From the human T2T-CHM13v2.0 reference genome, Homo sapiens: a stretch of DNA of 64,000 nt. Shown piece by piece: positions 13,926 through 31,084 of the stretch (its first letter is position 1; each line of letters opens with the position of its first letter). A program made the position numbers and the translations under genes. The DNA is taken from NCBI RefSeq assembly GCF_009914755.1, contig NC_060940.1; one strand, given 5' to 3'. The notes beneath the pieces are model-generated. The model made no database searches. It was not told where the DNA came from and saw only the letters and a program-made list of their open reading frames with translations.

Positions 13926-14959
13926 TGGTTCTTCTCTCACAGTAGTTCTCCAACAGCAGGAGTGAGAGACAACTTTAGGACAGGTGTACCCAGAATCCCA
14001 GGGGTTATGCTAGAAGATGGTGTCAGGAACATACTTGTCTGTGGGCCTTCTTACTGTATTCCATAAAATACCAGTTTTTCTGACTCGCCTTTAGTAAAGA
14101 CCTTAGTTGTCAGTAGGAAAGGGTGGATGTTTACACTTTTTTAAAAAGGAGTCTATATCATATTTATCTTGTGGTCTGCCATGCCCCCCGATCTTCAGCT
14201 TCAGTTATGCAAAATTAACACTTCTCTTGACTGCCTCTCTCTTACCTGTTCAGTTTCTTTTCTCTGTTCGAGATTGCTTAGAAATTTTCCCCATTACTAC
14301 AGCCTGCTTCCCACCTGCATCCCCCACCCAGCTTGTTCTGGATTTTGTCAACAACAGTTCCAGCGTTTAGTGAGGGCTGGATTGAAGGACAGTGTTGGAA
14401 AAGGCTGTGTGATGACAGGTGAAGATACCCAGTGGGCAGGCAGTCATTAGGATTAATTCAAAGGCTGGAAGAAGGGCTGACCTGGAGGCCTGGAAATGTC
14501 TTTGAGCTGAAGGTCATGTGTAGGTGGAGCGAAGAGGGTGAGCCTTTTGGGGTGAACTGCAAGTATTTGATAAGATCTCTGTCCCCACTATTGGGGAAGT
14601 CTTGATAAGCATCCTCAATGTGATGGAGGGATTAAGGAACCCCTGGCTCTACCTGCCCAGCATGGCAGTAACGTGACACAGCCAGTTGATTATTGGTTGC
14701 CCAGCTGTCATCAGATCAACATCTTCTGTTAGTTATAGCTGTAATTTGCATTAGTTGTCAATGCCAGTTTTGACTTTCCTAGTCAATAAAGTGTTCTGAG
14801 GGTGGTGACTAAGGCTGACCATTACCCATAATCATGAGTATTACAGAGGCAAGCCCCCTTGCCCACCCACCTGCAGGTGATGACACACCCTAGGAAAATC
14901 ACTCAATTCTTTGGAGGACCCCGGATAAATGCTCAAGTCCACCTGCTCATGTGTCCGCC

Positions 14960-15392
14960 TATCCGTCCACACTTCCTTCCATCCATCCATCCATCCATCC
15001 ATCCATCCATCCCTCCACCCATCCATCCATCCATCCATCCAGACATGCATCCATCCATCCACCCACCTACCCATCTATCCACCCACCCACCCATCTATCC
15101 ATCCAATCCACTCTCTTGTGCACCCAGCTATCATCCACCTACCCACCTACCAAACCATCTATCCATCTACTTACCCATGCATCTATCCACCCATTCACTC
15201 ATCTAACCATCTATCCACCCACCCGTCCATCCATTTATCTATCCCTCCACCCATTCACCCACTCATCCATTTCTCCACCCACTCAACCATCCCTTCACCG
15301 ACTCAACCATCCATTCATTCGTCCACCTGCCCACCCACCCATCTATCCATCCACCCACCTATCTATCCATCCATGTACGTATCCATCCATCT
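14960..15392 (+). repeat. Degenerate (CCAT)n/(CCAC)n tetranucleotide repeat
   Basis: About 430 bp of tcca/ccca/tcta units. Confidence 0.97.
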
Positions 15393-15469
15393 GCTTGTAC
15401 TTCTGTTCATTTATTCCACAAAGACTCGTTAACCACCTGCTAGATTCTGGGGAGGTATCTGCTCTAGTA

Positions 15470-15690
15470 ATTGAGAACACGGTCTCTGGAATATGATTCC
15501 CTGGGCTCAAACTGAGCTGCCTCCTAGCTAGCTGCTTGGGTAAGTTACAGAAACTGTGCTTTGATTTTCTTATCTGAAAATTGGCTATTAATAGCTTCTA
15601 CTCTTGCAGATATAGTGAGGATTAAATAAGATGTCACATTAAAAGTGCATCATCGACACTCAATAGAGATTAGGTTTTACCATTCATTAT
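15470..15690 (+). mobile_element. MIR
   Basis: gctgcttgggtaagttac...ttttcttatctgaaaatt...gtgaggattaaataaga. Confidence 0.7.
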
Positions 15691-16311
15691 TATTCTTGGC
15701 AGATGCTGCAGATAACGTGGAGAGCATACGAAAGACACATATTTGAACCAGTAGTGACATACAGGTGCTAAGTTTTGCAGGAGGGGAAGGGCAGAGAGCC
15801 ATGGAGAGGGCCTGGCCCAATCCTGGAGACTCAGAAAAAAGTTCCCCATTGAATTGCTGTTTTAGCTGAGACTTGTGGGATGGGTAGTAGTTGGAGATCC
15901 CAGACAGGATGTGACCGAGTTAGCCAGGGAAAAATTGGGTCCTGGCACCCATGGCAGAGTTGAGTGATCCAGTCCTTCTGTCTCCTCTGGCTGGAAGTCC
16001 ACCAGATCTGGGAATGTCAAGTTCGGGGAGGGGGCTGACAATGACCATGACCTTCACCTGTCCTCACATGTCCTCTGTGTGTCTGCAAAGCCTCTGCCTC
16101 AGTCTCCTCTTCTGGAAAGTGGGATTGGAAACCACATCTGCTTCTCTCCCAGGACTGCTAGGAAGGCAAGATTAGATGGCAGATGAGAGCTCTTTGAAAA
16201 TGAAAACATTCTGCTATTTGAATGCAAAGTGTTCTTCTTTGCCTGTGATGTTTCCTAATCTGTGAAATCATACTGGACCTCGAAGCTTTCTATTAAAAAA
16301 AATAGCTAAGT

Positions 16312-16611
16312 GGCTGGGCATGGTGGCTCATGCCTGTAATCCTAGCACTTTGAGAGGCTGAGGGGGTTGGATCACTTGAGGCCAGGAATTCGATACCAGC
16401 CTGGCCAATATGCGAAACCCTGCCTCTTCTAAAAGTACAAAAATTAGCCCGGTGTGGTGGCATCTGCCTGTAGTCCCAACTACTCGGGAGGCTGAGGCAC
16501 AAGAATCATTTGAGCTCAGGAGGCAGAGTTTGCAGTGAGCTGAGATGGCGCCACTGCACTCCAGCCTGAGTGACAGAGTGAGGCTCTGTCTGAAAAAAGA
16601 AAAAAAAAAAA
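16312..16611 (+). mobile_element. Alu
   Basis: Full Alu with A tail. Confidence 0.95.
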
Positions 16612-17533
16612 GCAAAGTTAACACTTCCTCCATCTCTCTCCTGGGGGAGGCAATTTGTCAAAGATTGTTGTTGGATTTTACACACAGGGAAATCTAAGGA
16701 AGGTGTGGAAACCAGACCAGGACTCCAGACTCTGGTCTCCCTGTTTACAGGGTCTTAAATGGGGGAGCCACTTTGGGTTCTTTCCACAAGATTGCTTTGT
16801 AAAAAAACCAAGAAACAAACAAACAAACAGAAAACTCAAAAAAAAACAGCCCTGACCTAAATATTCACAAGGGACCTTAGGCAATATCTGCAAACAAACG
16901 TGAGTGATGAGTGGAATCTGTCATCTTTACAACTAAGACAGCTCCAGAGTTGAAGCAAGTGGAAATATCTCTAGAGACAGAGATTTGGGCAGGTTTTGCC
17001 AGTTACATGCTATGAGAACCTGGGCAGGTTTACCTCTCTGAGCTTCTGTGACCTTGTAAAGTAGGCTGCATTGCTGTAAACGTGCAGGAGGAATCCCAGC
17101 ATCCTCCTGTGCACAAGGCTGGTTTCTTCCCATCCTTTTCCTTGTTCTGCCTCTCTCCTCCTCTCCAAGAGATGAATACGTTTGGACCCAGTAGGGGCCT
17201 GCGTTTGCAAAGGCTCGCAGGTGATTCTCATGCAGCCAGCCTGTCTCTGGCGCTGAGTTCTTGGACACTTCTGGAGGCGCATTTACTAGTGAGGAAGATC
17301 ACTGTGTGTTAAAGGCATGACTCATCTTCCATTCCTTTCTTCCATGAAGCAAGGCGCATGGGTCGACTGAGCTGGGAGAGTCCCCAGTGTCAGCCTCCCC
17401 CACGCTTCCCTCCCTGCCCATTCCTTGTGTGCTGTACTTTGTCTCGACTTCCTCTACTCTGCACCAAGCCGGGAGACGGTCAGATCTCAAAAAAATCATT
17501 TTTTTGGGGTGGGGGGGAAATGGGATCAAGAGG

Positions 17534-17840
17534 GTTTTTGTTTGCTTGTTTCTTTGAGACAGGGTCTAACTCTGTCACCCAGGCTGGAGTGCAGTGGTGT
17601 GACCTTGGCTCACTGCAGCCTTGACCTTCTGGGCTCAGGTGATCCTCCCACCTCAGCCTCCTGAGTAGCTGGGACTGCGGGTGCACACCACCTTGCCTGA
17701 CTAATTTGTCTATTTTTTGTAGAGATGAGGTTTCACCATGTTGCCTAGGCTGGTCTCAAACTCCTGGGCTCAAGCAGTCCTCCATCCACCTCGGCCTCCT
17801 AAAGTGCTGGGATTATAGGCATGAGCTGCTGTGCCTGGCC
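17534..17840 (-). mobile_element. Alu (AluJ-like)
   Basis: Full reverse Alu. Confidence 0.93.
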
Positions 17841-18294
17841 AAGGTTTTTTATTATTATTATTATGAAAAATTTTCAATATACATAAAAGTAGAGCGACTA
17901 GTTTAATGAGCTATCATATACCCATCACATAAGTATAAAAACTATTAACGTTTGCAATATTTACTCCATTTGTTTTTCTGAAGTATTTAAAAAATAGTTT
18001 ACAGTAGTTATGTAATTGCTTCATGATATTCACCCCTATGTAATTTACTTTCCCTCTAAAAACATGAGGGCATTTTTTATATGATCATTGTCATACCTAA
18101 TCAAATTACCAGTAATTCCTTAATATCCTCTAAGATCGAGTTTACATTCAGATGTCTTGTCCTCAAAATGTAAATTGTGATTATTTTTTTCTTTGAGCAA
18201 AGATAATAAGATCTCAAGATTTAATGACAGAGATTCCATATTAGCCCTGATGTCTAAGCTCTGTGGTCCATTATGGCTTTACTTGAAAGTCTCA

Positions 18295-18685
<391 letters not shown>

Positions 18686-19578
18686 TCAGCGCAGGTTCAA
18701 GCATTCCCAGGGCTGGCTCTGATGCTGATAAAGCCCATTGTCATGAATGAATCCTTGCAGGTTATTGTAAGTATTGGAAATAGTGCACATGGAGTGTCCT
18801 CATGATGCCTGGGACAGTAATGAATATTTATAGGTTTCTTTTAGTGCCTTTTTTTTTTTAGTGTTTTCCATAGTTCCATGTTTCTACAACCCTTAGGAAC
18901 ATCAGAATTATGTGTGTGTGGGTGCTTATTAAATACACCAATTCCTGGAGCTCACTCCCAGACAGTTTGATGATTAGGGGCTCAGCTAGGACCTATGTTT
19001 GCAAAAGCTCCCAGCTGATCTCATGCAGCCAGCCTGGCTCTGGCTCTGGCTCTGGGAGCTGGGTTGGGAACTAGTCTTTGGTGCTATTCTGCTGAAACTT
19101 CAAGCTGGGCTCTTTGACTCCATCTTGTATTGTCATCACTTGCATTCAGGTCTGTTCTTCCCCTGGATTGTAAACTCCTTGATGTCTGGGTCATTTCAGC
19201 TTGTGAAGTGAGCTTTCAGTGGGTGCTCAGTGGAACAGGTGCTGAATGGAGTGAGGCTCTAGGGAGGCCAGCGTGTGTTGGTAAGTGAGAGACAAAAATC
19301 ATTTTAAGAAGAATCTTTTTGCCCTTCAGTTGTGTTTGTCATGAGTTAATGTGATTTATTCTAGTGGAAGCCAGTGCAGCTTAAGTGGAGGTCTTGCCCT
19401 GAAATGGAGCCGGGTTATGGATCAGCAGAGCTGCCAAAAGCGTTTTGTGGGAAATGTTTCTGTGTCACCCTCAGTTGATTGAACTCAAGTTTTCACTCCT
19501 GTTTAACACCACGTGGGGGCCATTCTGACTTCTGCGGAGTGGGTATGATCAGATCTTCTGTAAAAGTGTAAGTGAGGA

Positions 19579-19919
19579 GGCTGGGCACGGTGGCTCACAC
19601 CTGTAATCTTAGCACTTGGGAGGCTGAGGTGGACAGATCACTTGAGGCCGAGAGTTTGAGACCAGCCTGGACGACATGATGAAACCTTGTCTCTACTAAA
19701 AATACAAAAATTAGTCAGGCATGATGGTGCATGCCTATAATCCCAGCTACGTGGGAGGCTGAGGCAGGAGAATCGCTTAAGCCTGGGAGGTGGAGGTTTG
19801 GTGAGCTGAGATCATACCACTGCACTCCAATGTGGGTGACGATTGTTTAACCACCACCAAAATGGGTTCTGAGTCCAAATATTAATATGAAGGACATTGG
19901 TGACATAGTCTCAAAAAAA
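19579..19919 (+). mobile_element. Alu carrying a 63-bp RPS24-pseudogene-derived insertion near its 3' end
   Basis: Alu sequence up to gggtgac (19840), foreign 19842-19904, then gtctcaaaaaa. Confidence 0.92.
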
Positions 19920-20254
19920 TTAATGAATACAGAAAAGTACAAAAAGAGAGAGAAATCACCCCAAATCTCACGACCCCAAGAAATAAACCTCCTAATATTA
20001 AGTGAGCAGCATTCCTTGCTATGCACAAAGATGGCTAGAGACATGAAGAGACACTTCTGATCACACAAAATGAGATTTTAAAAACAAGAAGTAGCAAATT
20101 GAATGCTGTGTAAATTTATCAGAAGAAAAAGAAATGGAAGTGAAACTGAAGGAACTGGTCAACTCAGATAAATGTAGTTTTTTCTTAGCAAAAATCAGTT
20201 TCTACAACATCTAAGAAACCAAAGGTGGTGAAAAATATTAAGATGTTTTATATA

Positions 20255-20722
20255 TATGTAGAAGTCTTTACAGTTGACTGACCATCTCATGAAAAATTTG
20301 TACAGTCACTGCAAATAAAGTCATTGCAAAATCTTTACTCCTTTTGCTTTTTGACAGCACCGACATTGGCCTTTGCAGTCTCTTGACGTCATTCTGCCCT
20401 TGCATTCCTTTTGCTGTTTTCTTGAGGTCATCTTCTTCTCATGCCAGCTGTGTCTTGCAAGTCTACGTTTGAGTTCATTTTTCTTTGCATAATTCAAAGA
20501 ACCAGATAACATGCCAAAGCCCATTGTTTAACCACCATCAAAATGGGTTCTGAGTCCAAATATTAATATGAAGATGACACCCATTGTGGTCTTGTACATT
20601 TAGTTGCCTTCCCGGGGTGAAGGACATTGGTGACCATTTGTTTCCTCTGGAGCGGTCGATTGGTCATGAACTTCCGGGTCCAGATAGTTACTGTGTCATT
20701 CATCATGGTGGCTGATCCTCAG
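20255..20722 (-). pseudogene. RPS24P: Processed pseudogene of ribosomal protein S24
   Basis: Reverse strand reads [82 protein letters not shown]; intronless; deletion of the VPKTEIREKLA region, stop and frameshifts. Confidence 0.95.
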
Positions 20723-21207
20723 GTAGTTAGGGAGGAAAATAAACAAGAAGTTATATATTTAAAACCACGTTTCAATTTTAGACCTGATTAATTGACTTAA
20801 TAAAGGGCATTAGCACGTCTACTTCCTACAGTCCCTCCCTTTACCTCTGGAAACTAGTTATTTCTAGGTTGTTTTATGTTGTTAAGGTTGACCACCTTTT
20901 CTTTCTGTTCTGCAATCATAGTCCTATTTTTAAATGGATTCACCTCTCATCACTGGCCTTTTGTCATGGTCATTCAATTCACAAGTTGCTTATTTTTTAA
21001 TTTCTTGGCTGACTAAATTTTATTATGAAGACTGTTTTTTTTAAAGAGCTCAGAAATACTGTATTCTCTAAGTTCTTGAACATGTGATAGTGTCTTTTGC
21101 CTATTTTGATTGGGCAGTAATTTAGTTGGCTATAAAATTCTTGGATTATATTCTGTTTTCCTTAGAAATTATAGGCACCCATCCACTGACATTTCATTGT
21201 GTGTATG

Positions 21208-21512
<305 letters not shown>

Positions 21513-21879
21513 CTCATTGTGCTTTGTAGTAACCCCCTTTCCCTGGCCTCTTGCATCTTGTCTTCTTCTCTCCCAGTAGTTTCTTCATGAAGAGGCCATG
21601 TGCTATATTCCATGAGATATTTCACACTCAAAGAAGACTTCTTTTATACTCTTTTGATAATTTTTCTGGGAATCACTGTCTTGATTTATAAGGGAGTTTG
21701 TAATAAATACAGTAAAAGAAACACACAACGTATTTTGAGATATCAGAGAAGGGAGCAACTAATTCTATTAATATTTGGGGTTAGCAGGGCAGGCTTAGTT
21801 AAGAGGTAACATTTGAACTAAGCCTTGAAATAAGGGAAGGATTTGGACATGCAGTAACGGGGAGAGAGTAGAAGCAAGA

Positions 21880-22341
21880 CATGATGGTTAGTGTTATGTA
21901 TCAATTTGACTGGGTTGTGGGGTGCCCAGATATTTGGCTACACATTATTCTGGATGTATCTCTGAGGTATTCTGGATGAGGATAACATTTAATTGGTAGA
22001 CTGAATAAGGCAGATTGTCCTCCCCAATGTGGGTGAGCCTCATCCAATCCACTGAAGACCTGAACAAAACAAAAAGGTAGAGTCACAGAGAATTTGCTCT
22101 CTTTACCTGATTATATTTGAGCTGGGACATCAATCTTCTCCTGAGTTTAGATGTGGACTCGAGTTGGAACTATATCATTGGCTGTCCTGGGTCTCCAGCT
22201 TGCTGGCTGCAGACTCCAGGACTCCTTAGCCTCCATAACCATGTGAGCCATGCCTTACAACAAATCAATCTGTCTCTCTCTAGGTGTATAGCTCTACCTC
22301 TATCTCTCTGCTCTTTCTCTGGAGAACCCAGAGTAATATAC
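21880..22341 (+). mobile_element. MLT2 (ERVL) solo LTR
   Basis: tgatggttagtgttatgtatcaatttgactggg ... ctctggagaacccagagtaatataca. Confidence 0.9.
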
Positions 22342-22882
22342 AAGGTTATATTAGATAAGAGGATGACCCAAGGAAAAGCATGGAGGCAGAAAAGTGCAAA
22401 GAGGGTTTGGGAAGACTGGGGTGCTGATGGGGAGTTTGGATTTCACTGTGTGTAGCATGGAGAATCCTTGAAAATATTCAAGAGGTGAAAATTGTATTTC
22501 TGGAAGAACACCAGGAGAATGTGAAAAGAAAAACACTCACTCCATTGTAACTCCACTGAAGGGGGCATCAAAGGGATGCACTGGGGACATGGGTTGGAGG
22601 GTAGTTGAGGCCATATCTGGAGGATCTTTACTTCTAGGCTGAGTCTGAAGTTATCTTTCTGGGGAGTGGGAGATCATTACAAATCTTTGGGCTCCACTGA
22701 AGAGACGGTTTTGCTAACAATGGCAGGGTGACGGTGGTGGTGGTGGTGGTGGTGGTGGGAAACTTGTAGCATGAATTCTAATTGGGCTTCTGCTATTCTA
22801 GCCGAGAAAGGTGGGGAATGGACTTCCAGTAGAATAATACAGATATGGGAATCAACTGCATGGAGGAGGTAGTTATAGGTGA

Positions 22883-23031
22883 TGAGATGACTCAGGGACA
22901 AAGTTTGGTAGAAGGAGAAAAGATACTTAACTGGTACAAAAATAATTGCTGTTTTTGCCATTACTTGTAATGGCAAAATCTGCAATTACTTTTGCACCAA
23001 CCTAATGGGATGCAAACTTCAGAGCTGTCTG
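22883..23031 (-). ncRNA. MIR548I: miR-548i-like precursor hairpin (MADE1-derived); paralog of MIR548I1-3
   Basis: Minus strand cagacagctctgaagtttgcatcccattaggttggtgcAAAAGTAATTGCAGATTTTGCCattac...tttgtccctgagtcatctca resembles the mir-548i precursor as recalled, including non-MADE1 flanks; predicted mature 22972-22993 differs by 1 nt; expression unknown. Confidence 0.7.
22927..23005. mobile_element. MADE1 MITE (Hsmar1-derived)
   Basis: About 80-bp palindrome tggtacaaaaataattgctgtttttgccattac / gtaatggcaaaatctgcaattacttttgcacca. Confidence 0.97.
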
Positions 23032-24469
23032 CAACAGAGGGATTGATGAAGATCAACAAAGTTTGGGAACACAGGAAAGGAGCTGGGAGGGTAATGACTT
23101 GAGGGCATAGCAGGGATAATCAAGGTTTTTCTTGTTAGCATGTGGAGACTTAAGTATGATTATGTGTTAAACGCCTGGCACATACATGGTGCAAAATATG
23201 AGTGAAATGAGGAGTGAAGGTGGTGAGTCATGGGAGTTCCAAGGGAATGGGTGATAAAGGCAGGTCTCAAATGAGGTGCAAGTGGAGAATGTAGTTTGGG
23301 AAAGGAGAAGGATGCTTCTCCTTATGAGATGGGAAAGGCAGAGGAAGAGGGTCAAGGTACAGTGATCTAGGGGTGAGATGGAAGTGATTTGGGAGAACTC
23401 AACTCTGAGTGGGCTCTGAAACCCCTAGGGATGGGTTTGGGGGTCTTTGAGATACAGAAGAGGTTTAAAGTCAATTGTTACAGCAAATATGGTTTGGAAT
23501 TTATTTGTGATGGTTAAAAATATTGCTGAAGAGAAGTGAAGTCTACCATAGAGTTGGATGGTGAGATTATTTAGTGGAACTACCATATCCATGTTGTGAT
23601 TCTTTCCAGTATCATTCAGCAGCCCTTGGGCAGTTGCAAGGCAAGTCATCAATGGGGTATGGAGATTTTCCAGGTGGGTGTGGTTGAAGGCAGGGAAGAA
23701 CGAGTTTAGGAGCACATTACAAGAAGAAGGTGACTGTAAGATCCAGGCTGAGCAGGAAGGTAAAGCAAGAAGGAAACATGAGGTTGTGAAGAGAAGTTTA
23801 GAGGGATGAGGAGGCAGGAGAGGTGAACAGTTGCAGGATGTAGCTAGAGTGGCGATGTTAGGTCTCGGGGCCAGAGAGCTTTACAGTGATGATGAAGATC
23901 AAGGGGCATTAGAATCAAGCTATAAAGAGCCACCGTTTGATGTTGGGATGTGAGGATGCTGCAGTTGGATGTCTGTGCATTGATGGTGAGAACGTGGTCA
24001 CCCTGGCCCTGCTAAGGAGACTGTGCTCTGTTCTTGGGGCCGTTTTCATCACCTGATGAGAGCAGTGGTCCCCAAATGGTGTTCTTTGGACCGTCTGTAT
24101 AAAATGTTCATGGGTCAAGGATAAAATAGAAAAACAGAGAAAATGTCACAGAAATGTGCCCATTGGTGAAAGACCACCAGCTGTCCTTTTTGGCGGATTG
24201 TTCTTTATTGTAAAAGTGTATATATTCTATTGTATTAAAACATTTTTGTATTTGCATTTTTTCTCTTTTATGAAATGCCATGGGGTAGAAATTTGTCATG
24301 TATCCAATTCTCCTGTCTTCATGCATTGCCCTGTGATGGGGGAGGGGATGTGGCTAGTACTGGCCAGTAGGCTGGGGGCAGAGGTGCAGTGTGAGACTTC
24401 TAGCTAGGAGCTTTTAATTCTTAGTACAGGGCTCTCTAGCATTCTTCTCCCTCTGTTCCCTGCTTGGTG

Positions 24470-24646
24470 ATACTCCAGGTAATGCAACCCCCATTAGCCT
24501 TAGTCTTAGGGCAAGTTTGATGGGAAACAGAGCACCCCACACCTCCCTGCAGATGTAGCATAAGTGAGAAAAACAACTTCTAATGTTTGAAGTTACCAAG
24601 ATTTAGGAGTTGTTATTGCAGCAAAACCTAACCTATTCTGACTGAT
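24470..24646 (+). mobile_element. MLT1 LTR 3' fragment
   Basis: gagaaaaacaacttc...gagttgttattgcagcaaaacctaacctattctgactgat. Confidence 0.6.
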
Positions 24647-25839
24647 CATGGTGGAATTTCTCTGTGTGTGTGTGTGTGTGTAAAACTGGTAGTTTAAAAA
24701 AGTTCCTTCTTACCAAAAAGAAAAAAAAATAGCAACCTTATGTTGGTTCTCAAATTAAAAAAATATTTTTACTGGTTTATAAAATAGAAAAAATCTGAGA
24801 ATCTGTAGCTTAGAGAACTACAGTGTGGGATGTCTGTAAAGACCAGGTTATTTTATCAGCTCCTAACACCCCTTTATAGGAGCTTAGCCAAGACTTGGAC
24901 TATTTCAGTCTTTCCCCTTCCACATTCCATGGACTCTTGAAGAGACATTGATAAAACGGTACAGCCATGAACCACCCTAACTCAATGCTAGTGGTAGAAC
25001 CACCTTTTACTGCAGAATGAGCTTCTTGCTACAGTGATACTTGAACCCCTTAGATATATTCTGTACCAATTATGTTAAAACACGACCAATGCTTTTGCTT
25101 TGTTGTCCCCCAAATTAAACACCTTAATCATGAGAACCCAGAGAATTGGATTTAGTGTGACTGATTCCCAACTATCAGTAAGAACATAATTAGATTATAT
25201 TTTTCTCCAGTTCAAATAAAAGAAAATTGACAATAAAATGCTGATCAATATGTGTAGCTCAGGAGGTAGAGCTTGCTTTGAGATGCAGAAGTGTTTGTTT
25301 TTTTTAGATCTATATTCTTGAGTAAAGCAAAAATCCATCTCTCTTTCCTAGAGGGGAAGACTTTCAGAGCTGGGCTTGGCAACAGCCTGACTATCAGAGG
25401 CTGAATTAAACAAATAGGTACCTCTCTGGAGTGAATGGTGCGTTTCTCCTGTTCGGGGGACTGTGCTTTTATGGTGGAGTTTGCTTTTGTCTTGGTCTCC
25501 AGATGTGTGTATCTGTGGGTGGATGTCTGCATGTAAATGGCGGTGTATACCTGTGTGGGTGTGTACAAAATTCCCATGTGAATCTCAGCTTTGTGGGGAT
25601 CTCCGGGTCTTGAGCCCAGCAGATGCCATTTCAAGAAAAATCACTTGAAAATGAGACAGAAAGAATGGAAACCAAATCCTAGCTCTAAAGGCACCAGGCT
25701 CATTAAAAAAAAAAACTCTGGATTTTCTTTGTTTTGGACTCTACCTGCCTCCAAATGACATTTCTGTTTCCTATGAGATGACTAGAATGAAAGAGATCCT
25801 GAGCACGAAAGAGCAGATACTGTGTGATTGTGTGTATGT

Positions 25840-26060
25840 CAGGGTTTCAGCTGTGACACTGCTGACATTTTGGCTCAGCAGTTTCTCTGTTGTATGTGTG
25901 GGGGTTCCCTGTGCATTTTAGAATGTTGAGTGGCATCCCTGGATCCCTGGACTCACTGGATGCAGTAACACAACTCCCCCCAAGTACAGGCAACCACCAG
26001 TGTCCCCAGATATTGCCTAATGTCCCCCGGGGGCAAAATAGCCCCCATCTGAGAACTGCT
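25840..26060 (-). mobile_element. MER20
   Basis: aatgtcccccgggggcaaaatagccccc...gagaactgctg. Confidence 0.9.
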
Positions 26061-26109
26061 GCTCTCATAAAGGACAATGTCAGGTGAAATAGGTGGAGGT
26101 TGTTGGTAG

Positions 26110-26522
<413 letters not shown>

Positions 26523-26961
26523 AGTATGTTCAGTTTGTAAGGAAAGTACTGTGTTGACCTCTTCTATGTGCACATTTCTTTAAGTAATAATTCAATAAAG
26601 CATTTAGAAAAATTGGTCATAATAGGAATGATTTGTAGAGTGATTGGCATGAAAGCTGATCACCTTAATTTGAACTACTCTGAAATGAGCACCAGGGGCC
26701 ACCGAGAGGAGCCTTGCAAGGTGTCATAGCCAAGGAGAGGAGTGTGTTGTGTACATCTCTGCATAAAGGATTTGCTGGTTACATGGAAGGATGAAGCCTC
26801 CTTCTGAGGACAGAGGCAGCAAAGCAAGTGGAAGCCCAAAGCATTGAGCTTTCCAAATGGACTTTGCTAAAATCTTGTGGATGACTCATGCTCTTAACAT
26901 ACACCCATGTACATATTGTCCATATAAACATTAATTCTGTTACAAGGCCCACACATAAGGG

Positions 26962-27262
26962 TTTTTTTTTTTTTTTCTTTTGAGACAGTCTTGCTTTATT
27001 GCCCAGGCTAGAGTACAGTGTCTTAATCTTGACTCACTGCAACCTCCGCCTCCTGGGTTCAAGCAATGCTTGTGCCTCAGCCCCCTGAGCAGCTGGGACT
27101 ACAGGTACACTCCACCATGCCTGGCTAATTTTTGTATTTTTAGTAGAGGCGGGGTTTCACCATGTTGGCCAGGCTGGTCTCAAACTCCTGGCCTGAAGTG
27201 ATCTGCCCACCTCAGCCTCCTAAAGTGTTCGGGTTACAGGTGTGAGCCACTGTGCCTGGGCC
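26962..27262 (-). mobile_element. Alu
   Basis: Full reverse Alu; TSD ggcccacacataagg. Confidence 0.95.
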
Positions 27263-27463
27263 CACACATAAGGTTTGAGTTGAGATAGGGAAACTCTGGC
27301 AAGATTGAGGAATTTGGCCACAGTCTCTGGGAAATATGCACAATTTCTGGAATCTTCTCTACTTCCAGAGTTCCCACTTTCTGTCTCCTGTTTATTCAAC
27401 AAACTTGTGTGGAACCACAGTGTGTCAGAACTTGCCAGGTGTGGAGGATAAAAAGATGACTGA

Positions 27464-27859
<396 letters not shown>

Positions 27860-28409
27860 CTACTAGAATGAAGAACACTTTTTTCTTTACCCATGAAAAT
27901 GTTTTGTGCTTCGTACCTACAAGTGCAATTTGTGTTAATTCTGCAAAATTTGCCGTATAACTGTGCCTGGATTCTTAGCATTTTTCGTTTGAGAGATTCC
28001 TCAGCACATCATCTTTGGAGTATGTGGAATTGGAAATTTACTTAGAGTCAACAACAAGTACAGGAAAGTCAGTTCTTAGTCAAGAGTTAGGATTTCAAAG
28101 ACAGTGGATAAAATAAAAAATCTAGTACAGTCAAGATTATACGTGCAAATCCCCTCATCATTCATAAAGTTTAGCAGTCAGTCTTACTGTGGCTCACCAG
28201 GTCCAATCCACACTTCTTCCTCCACGATTGGAGCAGAGGGTGATTTTTTTTATGAGCAACTGATGAAGTCATTTAGAGGCCATTTGCACTGGGAGCCATG
28301 TGCACTAGAGACCAGTCAATGTGCCCTCATGGCACCATTTCTGCCTCTCTCCGTCTTTGTTCTTGCCAAGTACCCATAGTTCATTTTCCATAGATTAAAA
28401 GAGCCCAAG

Positions 28410-29480
<1,071 letters not shown>

Positions 29481-29522
29481 ACAGCCCAAGTTGCAATTTT
29501 ATTCAACACTTGATTGGCTTTA

Positions 29523-31084
<1,562 letters not shown>

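Larger units (their letters stand above)
21700..23960. mobile_element. Fragmented L2 hosting MLT2 and MADE1
   Basis: Purine-rich degenerate L2-like stretches on both sides of the insertions. Confidence 0.5.

Noticed and set aside
14841-15496. Pro/His/Ser/Ile-rich ORFs
   Set aside because: Translations of the (CCAT)n repeat.
22677-22985. Poly-His ORF
   Set aside because: Arises from a (GGT)n microsatellite and starts inside MADE1.
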